A DNA stretch of 60,575 nucleotides from contig CALXZC010000001.1 of assembly GCA_944393135.1 (NCBI GenBank), positions 141,748 to 202,322 of the forward strand. Direction: 5' to 3'. This DNA is from an uncultured Clostridia bacterium (GTDB lineage Bacteria; Bacillota; Clostridia; TANB77; CAG-508). This document shows positions 1 to 9,265 of the stretch, one piece after another. The notes under the pieces are model-generated. The model worked only from the letters and a program-made list of their open reading frames with translations. It did not search any database and was not told the DNA's origin. Position numbers and translations under genes: made by a program. The stretch's first letter is position 1, and every line of letters begins with the position of its first letter.

Positions 1-345
1 AGTCCATATAAAATAACTATTAATGATTTACAACTAATATATATTGATAGAACAAGAATGTTTATGGGTATATTCTTACAAGATGATAAAATAAAAGATA
101 TAATAACAGATTCAGGTAATTCTAGAAATTTAATTAAAAATACTGTTGCTTGTTCAGCTATCTATAATGATAATACACAAGAATATGATATAGCATTAAG
201 ATATACTATAGAACAAAAGAATATAGATATAGTAGATGAAGGTCTTACTCCTTCAAAAAAACTTATTAATACTATTGTATCTTATTTTAATTCTATAGAC
301 GAAGAATTAATTAATGACTATAAACGTAGATATAAAAAGAATTAA
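1..345 (+). CDS. hypothetical protein, C-terminal part (ORF runs off left edge)
   Basis: Frame 1 is open from nt 1 (SPYKITINDLQLIYIDRTR-MFMG..) into the listed 58..345 ORF. Stop TAA at 343-345. No motif recognised. Confidence 0.5.
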   Translation, partial: SPYKITINDLQLIYIDRTRMFMGIFLQDDKIKDIITDSGNSRNLIKNTVACSAIYNDNTQEYDIALRYTIEQKNIDIVDEGLTPSKKLINTIVSYFNSIDEELINDYKRRYKKN

Positions 346-374
346 AAATGAATTAAACTGGAGAGGGAATTAAA

Positions 375-1013
375 ATGTTTAAATTATTTAAAGATATTAG
401 ATATAAACATAAAATGAAAAAACAAAGAGTAAAAAGAAAATATAGTGATGATATGTGTTGGGATTTACAATATACTTTACTTGAAATATTACCTAAAATG
501 ATAGAAACTTTAAGAAAAGGAAAACATAGTTATCCTGAAGAAAAGTTTGAAGAAGTAGATACTTTTCCACACAGTTGGATAAAAGAAAATTTAAAAGAAC
601 TAGAAAAAGATTTTAGTGATAAAAAATATGAAAAACCTAATATAAAAGACCCTTTTACTAGATGGCATTTAATTTTGAAAAGAATATCATATTGTCTAAT
701 ACAGGCAGATGAAACACAAACAATTATAAAAAATAAATATGAAGAAGAATACGATAAACAATTATGGGGTGTAGACGATTGGGAAGCTGAGAAAAAATTA
801 AGTGTCAAAGGGTGGTTTAAAAGACATACATACGTAAGTAAACGTGATGAAAATGGTAAACCTTTATTACACGCATTTGATTTTAAAGAAGTAGAACCAG
901 AATTAAGAAAAAATTATTGGCAAGAAGAAGAAAGAATAAATACATATAGAAATAGTATGAAAACAGAAGCATTTAATTTAATTAATAAATATTTTTGGAA
1001 TTTATGGGATTAA
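375..1013 (+). CDS. hypothetical protein
   Basis: 212-aa ORF with GGAGAGGG 7 nt upstream of the ATG. No family recognised. Confidence 0.55.
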   Translation: MFKLFKDIRYKHKMKKQRVKRKYSDDMCWDLQYTLLEILPKMIETLRKGKHSYPEEKFEEVDTFPHSWIKENLKELEKDFSDKKYEKPNIKDPFTRWHLILKRISYCLIQADETQTIIKNKYEEEYDKQLWGVDDWEAEKKLSVKGWFKRHTYVSKRDENGKPLLHAFDFKEVEPELRKNYWQEEERINTYRNSMKTEAFNLINKYFWNLWD

Positions 1014-1072
1014 TTGAAAGAGAAAGATAACAAACATTAAATTATTTTTTAATAATTATTTTATTAAAAAGA

Positions 1073-1108
1073 TTGACATATTAAATTAAAGGTGTTATAT
1101 TATTATAG
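1073..1108 (+). promoter_or_regulatory. sigma70-like promoter that also carries the AGGTGTTAT early motif
   Basis: TTGACA (1073-1078), 17-nt spacer ending in TGT, then TATATT (1096-1101). Confidence 0.6.
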
Positions 1109-1300
1109 TAAGGATATTAATTAACCAAATTTTTATCCAATAACCGAATATTTTAATATTAAGGTTTAGAATATATATGAGTAGTAGTAAATATTCGTTT
1201 ATTAATTTTGCAATTCAAGATTTAATTTTAGGCAATTTTATAAATTTAACCAGTAGAGTTTATTAAAGTTATCGTAGAAGTAAATTAATGAATTATTTTT

Positions 1301-1345
1301 AAGTTGTTAAGTTAGGAGATAGACTTAACAACTTTTTTATTTTCT
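1301..1345 (+). terminator. rho-independent terminator
   Basis: 12-bp perfect stem AAGTTGTTAAGT / ACTTAACAACTT with a 10-nt loop, followed by TTTTTATTTT. Confidence 0.7.
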
Positions 1346-1364
1346 TAAATTTTTCCATACCCCT

Positions 1365-1383
1365 AAGTAAAATATTATTAGAG
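1365..1383 (+). promoter_or_regulatory. late-type promoter motif copy
   Basis: aaGTAAAATATTATTAGAg matches the recurrent GTAAAATATTAWTAGA motif. Confidence 0.45.
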
Positions 1384-1514
1384 TTGATTAAAGATATTAA
1401 TCGTGTCTTTTTCAACTCTTAATAAAATTATACTAATTTTTTATAAAAACCTGTTAAAATTGATTGTCATAAGAATTAACTATATATAAATAATAACAAT
1501 TTTAACAAAATGTT

Positions 1515-1531
1515 TTGTAAAATATTAGTGA
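1515..1531 (+). promoter_or_regulatory. late-type promoter motif, variant copy
   Basis: ttGTAAAATATTAGTGA, about 145 nt upstream of the 1677 start. Confidence 0.35.
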
Positions 1532-1676
1532 TATGAAGGATACTTTGAGGTAGAAGTATTTTTTACAATAAACTTATCTCTTTACTCTTGTTATTAATTT
1601 ATCAATAACTATTCAGAAAAAAGAGTATTAAGTTTTGGACACAAACACCAATAAATTAAAAAGGAGGTATGTGGAA

Positions 1677-1892
1677 ATGGCACAAAAAGATTTTTCAAAA
1701 GTTCCAGCTACAATTACATTAAAAAATGTAGGTGAAGAACCAGTTGGATTCAGATATTTCAGAGTAAACTTCACAGAAGTATTAGAAAATAAAGATGATG
1801 AAGTTGTAATAACAGCTCAAACATCAGAAGAAGTTGCTTACTATATGGCACAAGCTGATAAAGCAGTTGGTCTTGAAGTAACAATGGCATAA
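1677..1892 (+). CDS. small (71 aa) abundant-looking late protein, function unknown
   Basis: AAAGGAGG RBS 8 nt before ATG 1677, so the listed 1635 start is unlikely. Late motifs lie upstream and a hairpin lies downstream. Confidence 0.6.
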   Translation: MAQKDFSKVPATITLKNVGEEPVGFRYFRVNFTEVLENKDDEVVITAQTSEEVAYYMAQADKAVGLEVTMA

Positions 1893-1937
1893 TTAAGGTA
1901 TTAAGTAAATAATTAATATAAACTTAATATAGTATGT

Positions 1938-1982
1938 GTAGCAAAATTCCAGCCTCTTATTTCTACCTCCTGGAATTGCTAC
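1938..1982 (+). terminator. hairpin, possible terminator
   Basis: GTAGCAAAATTCCAG .. CTGGAATTGCTAC forms a 13-bp stem with a 2-nt bulge. The T tract is weak. Confidence 0.35.
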
Positions 1983-2011
1983 CATATCTTTAAATAAGGG
2001 AGGTAATATAA

Positions 2012-2770
2012 ATGGAAGATGAAAATACACAAGAGTTAGACGGTATATTTAAAGATGAAGCTTTAACTAAGCCACGTACCTACCCTCGTATGCCAAAGAA
2101 AATGAAACAAATAGTGAAATACATTGAAAGTCAATTAGGTGGACAAGTATTAGATTTAGAATTAACACCAGAAAATATAAAAGAAATTGTAGAACAGGCT
2201 TTTGAAGAAATAAAACATTATATGACTGATTTATATACAATAACTGTACCTTATGCTCAATGTATTGATTTAAAAAAATACAATATAGATTCTGTAGAAT
2301 CTGTAATGAGAGGACAAGATAGTATTTTAACTGGTATGCCTTTTCAAATGCCTGCTATGAATTTAATGAATATTACAGGTATTTATAATCTAGAAGATTA
2401 TACAAACGCTTTAATTATTAAAAGAAATTTAAACATACTTGCAACAGATATGGATTTTTATTGGGATAAACCAAATCGTAAATTATATGTTTATGCAAAT
2501 CCAAACATTCCAACACAAGTAACAATAAATTTTAAACCTGAATACTATTCAGTAGCAGACATTAGAGAAAGTTTTTGGGAAACACAATTAAAAAAACTTG
2601 CTTTAGGTATGTGTAAAATTGTTATTGGTAGAATTAGAAGTAAATACACATCTAATTCAACAAAATTTCAACTTGATGGACCTACAATATTAGCAGAAGG
2701 AACATCAGAAGTACAACAAGAAAGAGAATTTTTACAAAATAACAAAGATATATTTACAGTATTAAATTAA
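2012..2770 (+). CDS. virion-module protein, family not recognised
   Basis: 252-aa ORF with GGGAGGT RBS, located upstream of the sheath gene. Confidence 0.5.
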   Translation: MEDENTQELDGIFKDEALTKPRTYPRMPKKMKQIVKYIESQLGGQVLDLELTPENIKEIVEQAFEEIKHYMTDLYTITVPYAQCIDLKKYNIDSVESVMRGQDSILTGMPFQMPAMNLMNITGIYNLEDYTNALIIKRNLNILATDMDFYWDKPNRKLYVYANPNIPTQVTINFKPEYYSVADIRESFWETQLKKLALGMCKIVIGRIRSKYTSNSTKFQLDGPTILAEGTSEVQQEREFLQNNKDIFTVLN

Positions 2771-2792
2771 TATAGAAAGGAGTAAATTTTTA

Positions 2793-3836
2793 ATGAATAG
2801 AAAAGACAAATTAATTGAATCTACATTACTTGCTTTACAAGGTAGATTAAATTTACAAGAATCAAAAAAAGTAAATATTAAAACAGCTAAACAAAAAAAG
2901 ACAGAAGATGTTGAAATAGAAACAGACGATGCCGAAGTTACAGTTGGAGAAAATACAACTGTAATCGATACAGATGAAGCAACTGTTACTGTAGAAAAAA
3001 ACACAGAAGAATGTGTAGATGGAGAATGTAAAGAAGATGTAGATACAGAAGATATAGTTGATACAGAAACATTTGACGAAACACCACTTTCTGGAGAATC
3101 TAATGAAGAAGATAACACAGGTAGTGAGGAAGACATAGAAACTATCGAAGTACCTGTTGAAGGGGAAGAAACAATAGTTCCTGAAGAAGATGTTGTTACA
3201 GATACAGATACAGATGTAGATACAGAAGACAACGAAGAAGAGGAAGTGGAGGAGTCAAAAGAAATTAAAACAGAAGATACTGACCCAAGACCAAACGAAA
3301 CTAAAATGTGTGACTTAATTGATAATGAAATGGTAGATACAGCTTCACTTGCAAAAGAATTATTAGGATTTTTAAGTGATGATGATATTGGAAGATTTAT
3401 GGAGATTGAAGAATATAATAATTTAACAGAATCAAAAGAATGTACAGAAGATTGTGAAAAACAAGAAGAGGAATGCAATAAAGAAGGAAAAGAAGAATGT
3501 AATGAACCTATTTCAAAATTTAGTTCAAAAACATTTAACGAAGCTTTAACAAAAATGTATAAATCTAAATATAAAACAGTTGAATCTTTTAAAACAACAA
3601 AAGTAAATCTTGGTAAAAATACTTTAAAAATAGAAGGTAAAATTGTTAATAAAGATGGTTTAGAAAAAAATATATGCTTAGAAATGAAAAAAATTAAACA
3701 AACAGAATCTTTTATAAGATATGAAATGAAAAATTATACAGGATTATTAAAAGAAAGTAAAAACAGTACATTAAAAATGGTAACAAGAGTAAATAAAGAT
3801 AATATATTAGAATGTAAATATATTATAACAAAATAA
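2793..3836 (+). CDS. highly acidic D/E/T-rich protein with basic C-terminal domain (scaffold- or internal-protein-like)
   Basis: 347 aa. Residues ~30-230 are almost entirely D/E/T/V. AAAGGAG RBS. Confidence 0.5.
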   Translation: MNRKDKLIESTLLALQGRLNLQESKKVNIKTAKQKKTEDVEIETDDAEVTVGENTTVIDTDEATVTVEKNTEECVDGECKEDVDTEDIVDTETFDETPLSGESNEEDNTGSEEDIETIEVPVEGEETIVPEEDVVTDTDTDVDTEDNEEEEVEESKEIKTEDTDPRPNETKMCDLIDNEMVDTASLAKELLGFLSDDDIGRFMEIEEYNNLTESKECTEDCEKQEEECNKEGKEECNEPISKFSSKTFNEALTKMYKSKYKTVESFKTTKVNLGKNTLKIEGKIVNKDGLEKNICLEMKKIKQTESFIRYEMKNYTGLLKESKNSTLKMVTRVNKDNILECKYIITK

Positions 3837-3862
3837 ATTAAGAAAGGAGAGAACAAATAATT

Positions 3863-5425
3863 ATGGCATTTGTAGATATACATACAAATAATTTAAGTAG
3901 GGAATTAAATAACAGTATTACATATCCTGATAATTATGTATTTATACCAGGTACTGCTATTACAGGTGATCCAGATATATTTTATGTATTTAATTCCTTA
4001 AGTGAATTCCAAACAGCTTGTGGAACACATGGACCTGATGGTTCATTATCATATGAATATGTTGCCGGAGTTCTAAGTGCAGGTCTTCCAGTAATATTTA
4101 AAAGAATAGCTTATAATAATATCAATACAGAGGAAGTACAATCAGCACAGAAAGCAAAAGTAGAAATTACACATACAGATTCTGATACACAAGGTAAAGT
4201 AAGTGATATAAGAATAACAGAAAAATATGGTGGAACTTATGGAAATGATTTATCAATTACTATAAGAAATACCGGAACTGCCTACTATTTAGATGTTTAT
4301 TTAGATAGAACAACACTTATAGAAAGTAAAAGATTAATAACATATCAATCTGAGGAAGAGTTAATAGAAATAAATCAAAAATTAATAAATGCTTTACAGA
4401 CAGCAGAATTTGAAAAAATTGATATTGATGTACTAATAACAGATGCATCTAAATTTAGTTTATCTCAAGTAACAAAGGAACCACTTACAGGAGGAAAAGA
4501 TTTAGATGAAGGATTAGTGCCTGCTATGTTACCACAAATATATAATCAATTAACAGATAAGATACTATATTCTCCAAAATTTATTACATCCGGAGGATAC
4601 ACAGATGAAAATCCAACAGTTAGTACACCTATTGCAGATGCAATGAAAGAATTAACAAGAATAAGACAAGACTGTAGAGCTTTAATTGATTTACCAATAA
4701 GTACATTAAAAGAAGATCAACAAGAAACAGCAAGATTATTAGCATATCAACAAACATCTAACACACAAGACATACCAAGTGCTAGTACTTGCGCACCTTG
4801 GGTTTATATGCAAGTAGGAAATAATCAATTATGGATGCCTCCATCATTTGCATACTTAATGGTAGTTGGTGATGCTGTAAGTAGAGGAGGAAAATCTTAC
4901 ACTCCAAAAGCTGGTTTATCAAACGGTGTTATTCCTAATGTTATAAGAACACAATTTGAAATAGGTTCAGATTTATCAGAACAATGGCAAAAAGATGGGG
5001 ATGTAAATATTAATCCAATTATGAGATTACAAGGTGGTTCTTATGTAATTGCAGGTAATAGTACATTATTACAATTAGATGAAGCCACAAATGAGGAAAA
5101 TGCTTTTTCAGAATCAAGTGCAGATTTAACAGTAATTGAAATAAGAAGACAAGCATATAATGTGGCAGTAGAATTACAATATCAATATAATGCTGTAACA
5201 GCTTTTGAAACATTTTCATTAAGAATGGCAAAATTATTAGATGCCATGTCAACAGAAGGTTCTGTAACAAGATACGATATTGAAAATATAAGTACAGATG
5301 ACGAACCAAGAAAACTAAAAGTTAGATTAGATGTATACTTAACACCAACAATTAAGAATATAGAAATTTTCTTAAATATTTCTTATGGAAGTGTAGAAGT
5401 AGGAACTACGGGAGGTGAAGCATAA
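3863..5425 (+). CDS. contractile tail sheath protein
   Basis: 520 aa. INPIMRLQGGSYVIAGNSTL resembles the conserved C-terminal sheath signature. TAATG coupling to the next (tube) gene. PBSX XkdK-like position. Confidence 0.75.
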   Translation: MAFVDIHTNNLSRELNNSITYPDNYVFIPGTAITGDPDIFYVFNSLSEFQTACGTHGPDGSLSYEYVAGVLSAGLPVIFKRIAYNNINTEEVQSAQKAKVEITHTDSDTQGKVSDIRITEKYGGTYGNDLSITIRNTGTAYYLDVYLDRTTLIESKRLITYQSEEELIEINQKLINALQTAEFEKIDIDVLITDASKFSLSQVTKEPLTGGKDLDEGLVPAMLPQIYNQLTDKILYSPKFITSGGYTDENPTVSTPIADAMKELTRIRQDCRALIDLPISTLKEDQQETARLLAYQQTSNTQDIPSASTCAPWVYMQVGNNQLWMPPSFAYLMVVGDAVSRGGKSYTPKAGLSNGVIPNVIRTQFEIGSDLSEQWQKDGDVNINPIMRLQGGSYVIAGNSTLLQLDEATNEENAFSESSADLTVIEIRRQAYNVAVELQYQYNAVTAFETFSLRMAKLLDAMSTEGSVTRYDIENISTDDEPRKLKVRLDVYLTPTIKNIEIFLNISYGSVEVGTTGGEA

Positions 5426-6165
5426 TGGCGATATATGTTAATAGACAAAATAATACAACATCATATGTACAACAACAAACAGATGAATTCGACAAATACT
5501 TAGGTACATCTTATATTTTAACACATAAAGCAGATTTTGAACCTGGTAGAACTTCAGACTTTATTTTAAAAATAAAATTTGAAAGAGATTTGTATGATAT
5601 GGAAGGACAATTTGTTGCCACAGCAGATGATGCAACAGAACAATTAGCGTTATCATTAAGAAATTATGCAGGTCCACAAATGAGTGTTGATACATTAAGT
5701 ATTAGAACAGGTAATGGTGTAGTTAATTATGCCGGTACACCTAGTGTAGCTAACTCATCAATTACATTTACTGATTATATTGGTATGGCAACAGAATCAA
5801 TATTACTTGCTTGGTACAGTATGTGTCACAATATTTTAAATGATAAAATAGGATTTAAAGAGTATTATAGTAATGATGGTTTACTTTATAAATGGGCACC
5901 AAATGGAACAAGAACATTAAGTTGGTGGTTACTTGGATGTTGGATTAATGAATATAATCAAGGACAATTTGATAGACAGAACCCAGATGTAAGACAATTT
6001 AGCACAACTATAATTTATGACAAACCTGTACCTTATGCTAAAATTAATCTTAACAGCTGGAAAGTTAATACTGATAATCGTTCAAGTAATTCAACAGATA
6101 CAGAATACACAAACTATACAAAGGTAAACTATTTAGGTACTCAAAACAATACACTTACAAAATAA
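5425..6165 (+). CDS. tail tube protein (by position)
   Basis: 246 aa, translationally coupled directly after the sheath gene. No motif verified. Confidence 0.5.
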   Translation: MAIYVNRQNNTTSYVQQQTDEFDKYLGTSYILTHKADFEPGRTSDFILKIKFERDLYDMEGQFVATADDATEQLALSLRNYAGPQMSVDTLSIRTGNGVVNYAGTPSVANSSITFTDYIGMATESILLAWYSMCHNILNDKIGFKEYYSNDGLLYKWAPNGTRTLSWWLLGCWINEYNQGQFDRQNPDVRQFSTTIIYDKPVPYAKINLNSWKVNTDNRSSNSTDTEYTNYTKVNYLGTQNNTLTK

Positions 6166-6213
6166 TTAAACTAAGATTTCTAGTATTTTATTTTTCATTT
6201 TTATATAAATTAT

Positions 6214-6247
6214 AAGGGTATTTTTAAAAATACCCTTTATTTTTTGT
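6214..6247. terminator. rho-independent terminator (palindromic, potentially bidirectional)
   Basis: AAGGGTATTTTT/AAAAATACCCTT 12-bp palindrome followed by TATTTTTTT. Confidence 0.65.
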
Positions 6248-6252
6248 AAAAA

Positions 6253-6270
6253 AGGTGTTATAATATATGA
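6253..6270 (+). promoter_or_regulatory. early-type promoter motif (extended -10)
   Basis: AGGTGTTATAATATATGA, with TGnTATAAT at 6257-6264. Confidence 0.55.
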
Positions 6271-6308
6271 TAGTAGTAACAAACTATTTAAAGTAAGGAG
6301 TATAAAGC

Positions 6309-8279
6309 ATGAGTAAATATGATAAAGTCAGAGAACAAATCAAGCAAGAATATGAACAAACAACTAAATCTTTAAAAGTATTAAGCGAAGAATATAATGT
6401 GCCTTATGATACAGTGTGTACTTGGAGAAAGAAGTTTAATTGGACTACTAATGTACAAAAAGTAAAAAATGATGTTAGAATTACAGATAGCAAAATTGTA
6501 GATAAAGCAAAAGATTTATTTGCAAATACACCCATGAATTTAAAAGAAATAAGTGAACAAATTAATATTCCTCGTAACACTATTCAAGCCTGGAAACAAA
6601 AATATAATTGGATTAAAAAAGAAGAATATATAGAAAAATTTAAACATAATATAAATAGTAAATTTGAAAAAAGTAATATTAATGATAAAGATATACAACA
6701 AATAAAATATTTATATGAAAACACTACATTATCTCCAAAAGAAATAGGTAAACAACTTAATTTAACAGTAGACCAGGTTAGAAATCGTATTAATAAATAT
6801 AATTTTAAAAGAAATGAAAAATTAAGACATCAAATACAAAGTGAAAAATTTAAAAAAATTATTAACAATATGACAGATGAACAAAGACAACAACAAAAAG
6901 AAAAAATGAGTATCACTAATAAAAAAATTTGGGCAGAAAGAAGTGAAAAAGAAAAACAAAAAATAGTACAGCATAGATTAGAAACAATGAGTACAAAAAC
7001 TCAAGAAGAAAAACAAAAAATTAATAATAAAATATCCAAAGGAGTAGAAGAATATTTTAAAAATATTCCTCAAGACAAATATAATAGTTGGAGAGAAAAA
7101 CTAAGTTATGCTCAACAACATATAACTCCTGAAATATATAAACAAAAAATATTAAAAGACAGACAGACTAAACATAAAAATAATAGTTTTAGAAATGCTT
7201 TAGCAAATGATGGTAAACATTTTGACAGTAATTATGAGGTTATAGTATATGAATTTTGTAATAGGAATAATATACCATTACAAACACAAATACCGATAAA
7301 ATTCAATTATAATAATAAAGAACATATTACCTTTATTGATTTTAAAATTGGAGATTATTTATTTGAATGTAAAGGTGGACATCTTTTATTAGATGTATTC
7401 GGTAAGCAACCTATTCCAATAGAAGTTAAATTAGATGTATATGCAAAAAATAAAGTTATTTTAATTACAGATAAATTAGGTAGTCAGCTAATTCCTTCAG
7501 CTAATAGTGAATATTCTAATGGATTGAAATATCTAAATAAATGTCCAAATCCTTTAATTGGTGTTGATATAGAATTATTTAAAAACCCAGAAATACCTTA
7601 TGATATTAACAAACCTAAATGTTTTTATGATGTTAGAGTAGATGGCAAACCTAGTGTAAGTGAAGCCTGGACAGATGAATTATTAAGATGGAAAATGATT
7701 TTAAATAGAATTGATTATGTAGGTGGTTTTATAGATAATAAATCAATATTAACTGCAATGAATGTAACTCGTACTTGTAAACAACCTAGTTGGTTTAGTA
7801 AAAATTATGCTAAAACTTTAATACAGAAATATATAACAACTAAAACTATTTTAGACCCTTTTGCAGGTTGGGGAACTAGATGCGATGCTTGCAAAGAATT
7901 AGGTATTAAATATTATGGTTGGGATTTAAATAAAGAATTAGTAGATTGGCATAAAGAGAAAGGAAGATTATTTGAAACAGGATATGGTATTGAATATGGA
8001 GATGCCAATAATATAAAAACAGATAGAGAAAATTGTTCTGTATTTATTTGCCCACCTTATACAGATTTTGAAGAATATTTTAAGGGTCAAGATTTAAAAA
8101 CAACACAATGTGAATGGCTACAAATAGTAATGAATAATATTCCCAATGCAAAAGAATATTTAATGGTTTGTAAAGTTGTAGATAAGGGTTGGGAGAAATA
8201 TATAGTAGAAGAAAAAGTTAATAAATCACATTTAGGAACTAATAAAGAATATGTTTTATTAATAGAAAATGATAAGTAG
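6309..8279 (+). CDS. multidomain protein: three terminase-small-subunit-like HTH modules, a PD-(D/E)xK-like nuclease core and a SAM-dependent (N6-adenine-type) methyltransferase
   Basis: Three repeats of the type VPYDTVCTWRKKFNW / IPRNTIQAWKQKYNW / LTVDQVRNRINKYNF. IDFKIGDYLFECKG matches D..ExK. ILDPFAGWGT is motif I and FICPPYTDF is motif IV. Confidence 0.55.
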   Translation: MSKYDKVREQIKQEYEQTTKSLKVLSEEYNVPYDTVCTWRKKFNWTTNVQKVKNDVRITDSKIVDKAKDLFANTPMNLKEISEQINIPRNTIQAWKQKYNWIKKEEYIEKFKHNINSKFEKSNINDKDIQQIKYLYENTTLSPKEIGKQLNLTVDQVRNRINKYNFKRNEKLRHQIQSEKFKKIINNMTDEQRQQQKEKMSITNKKIWAERSEKEKQKIVQHRLETMSTKTQEEKQKINNKISKGVEEYFKNIPQDKYNSWREKLSYAQQHITPEIYKQKILKDRQTKHKNNSFRNALANDGKHFDSNYEVIVYEFCNRNNIPLQTQIPIKFNYNNKEHITFIDFKIGDYLFECKGGHLLLDVFGKQPIPIEVKLDVYAKNKVILITDKLGSQLIPSANSEYSNGLKYLNKCPNPLIGVDIELFKNPEIPYDINKPKCFYDVRVDGKPSVSEAWTDELLRWKMILNRIDYVGGFIDNKSILTAMNVTRTCKQPSWFSKNYAKTLIQKYITTKTILDPFAGWGTRCDACKELGIKYYGWDLNKELVDWHKEKGRLFETGYGIEYGDANNIKTDRENCSVFICPPYTDFEEYFKGQDLKTTQCEWLQIVMNNIPNAKEYLMVCKVVDKGWEKYIVEEKVNKSHLGTNKEYVLLIENDK

Positions 8280-8301
8280 TAAGTATATAAAATACCTACT
8301 A

Positions 8302-9144
8302 CTATTTTATTTGTGTTAATCTTGTTACTATTAATAATTCATCTTCTTTGTCTTTTATCGTTGCTGTATATTTACCACTTATATCTAAATTTCTTCCTGT
8401 TTTATATTTTAATTTATGATTATTATCATCTAATAATATATAGTAATAACAAGCACCCCACATAGATTGATAACATTTTTTACTTAATACTTCTGTTATA
8501 TTAAAAGTATATTTTTCATTGATATTGTAATTATATAAATTTGTGTTATATTTTATGCTTTCTAATTTATTAATTATTGGTTGTATTTTTTCATTTATAA
8601 TATTACTTATATAAGTTAATCTTCCTTTTGTACTATTTATATCTACTAAAGTATATAATAAATTTTCTAATTCTTTTGTTATATCTATTTTTATTATTTG
8701 TATATTTTCAAATTCTTTTGTATTATTTTTATACCACACTTTACCAGACCATACACAACCTATATCTTTTAAATATCCTTTTAGTTGTTTAGTATTTTCT
8801 TTTGGATTAACAACATATATTGTTTTTAATTCTTCTATAACTTGTTGTTTCTTTATCTCTAATTCTTTTTCATATTTTAGTTGTTTTTGTATTTTTCTTT
8901 GTTTAGCTCTTTCTACTCCTTTGAGAGTTTTATATGTTGTAAAGGGTCTATATTTGTATCCAGCACCATTACATTTAAAACATACACCATTTGCATACCA
9001 ATCATAATAACTAATATGTCCAGTTCCACCACATTTATCACAATAATCTTTATAATATAATTTATTATTTATAACTTTTAAATCGTTTATTTCTTTTTCA
9101 TTTATATAATATAACCCTTGATATTCAAATATTTTTTCTTTCAT
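8302..9144 (-). CDS. DnaJ-type zinc-finger (CxxCxGxG x2) protein
   Basis: CDKCGGTG and CFKCNGAG motifs near the N-terminus. Has its own promoter, and the RBS is AGGAGG. Confidence 0.55.
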   Translation of the reverse strand: MKEKIFEYQGLYYINEKEINDLKVINNKLYYKDYCDKCGGTGHISYYDWYANGVCFKCNGAGYKYRPFTTYKTLKGVERAKQRKIQKQLKYEKELEIKKQQVIEELKTIYVVNPKENTKQLKGYLKDIGCVWSGKVWYKNNTKEFENIQIIKIDITKELENLLYTLVDINSTKGRLTYISNIINEKIQPIINKLESIKYNTNLYNYNINEKYTFNITEVLSKKCYQSMWGACYYYILLDDNNHKLKYKTGRNLDISGKYTATIKDKEDELLIVTRLTQIK

Positions 9145-9168
9145 AATAAAATACCTCCTACTAATATT

Positions 9169-9197
9169 AGTATAACATATTTTTAAAAATATGTAAA
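9169..9197 (-). promoter_or_regulatory. sigma70-like promoter for 8302..9144
   Basis: On the minus strand: TTTACA, 17 nt ending in TGT, then TATACT. Confidence 0.6.
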
Positions 9198-9221
9198 GGC
9201 TTTATATATTATTTTTAAAAT

Positions 9222-9240
9222 TTGTAAAATATTAATAGAA
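9222..9240 (+). promoter_or_regulatory. late-type promoter motif
   Basis: ttGTAAAATATTAATAGAa, 44 nt upstream of the terL start. Confidence 0.5.
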
Positions 9241-9265
9241 CTAATTTAATGGAGGTAGAATAATA

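Noticed and set aside
2762-3478. 238-aa Ser-rich minus-strand ORF, plus the other listed minus-strand ORFs that lie inside + strand genes (e.g. 530..808, 5019..5309, 10759..12114, 15309..15596, 16326..16613, 23525..24020, 28304..28675, 35048..35569, 38550..38939, 45428..45676, 47241..48091, 49518..49787, 50768..51097, 51527..51751)
   Set aside because: These are antisense shadows of well-supported + strand genes in AT-rich, low-complexity sequence. The Ser-rich ORF mirrors the D/E/T-rich gene. They have no RBS or promoter, and their composition is low-complexity or hydrophobic, as expected for shadow ORFs.
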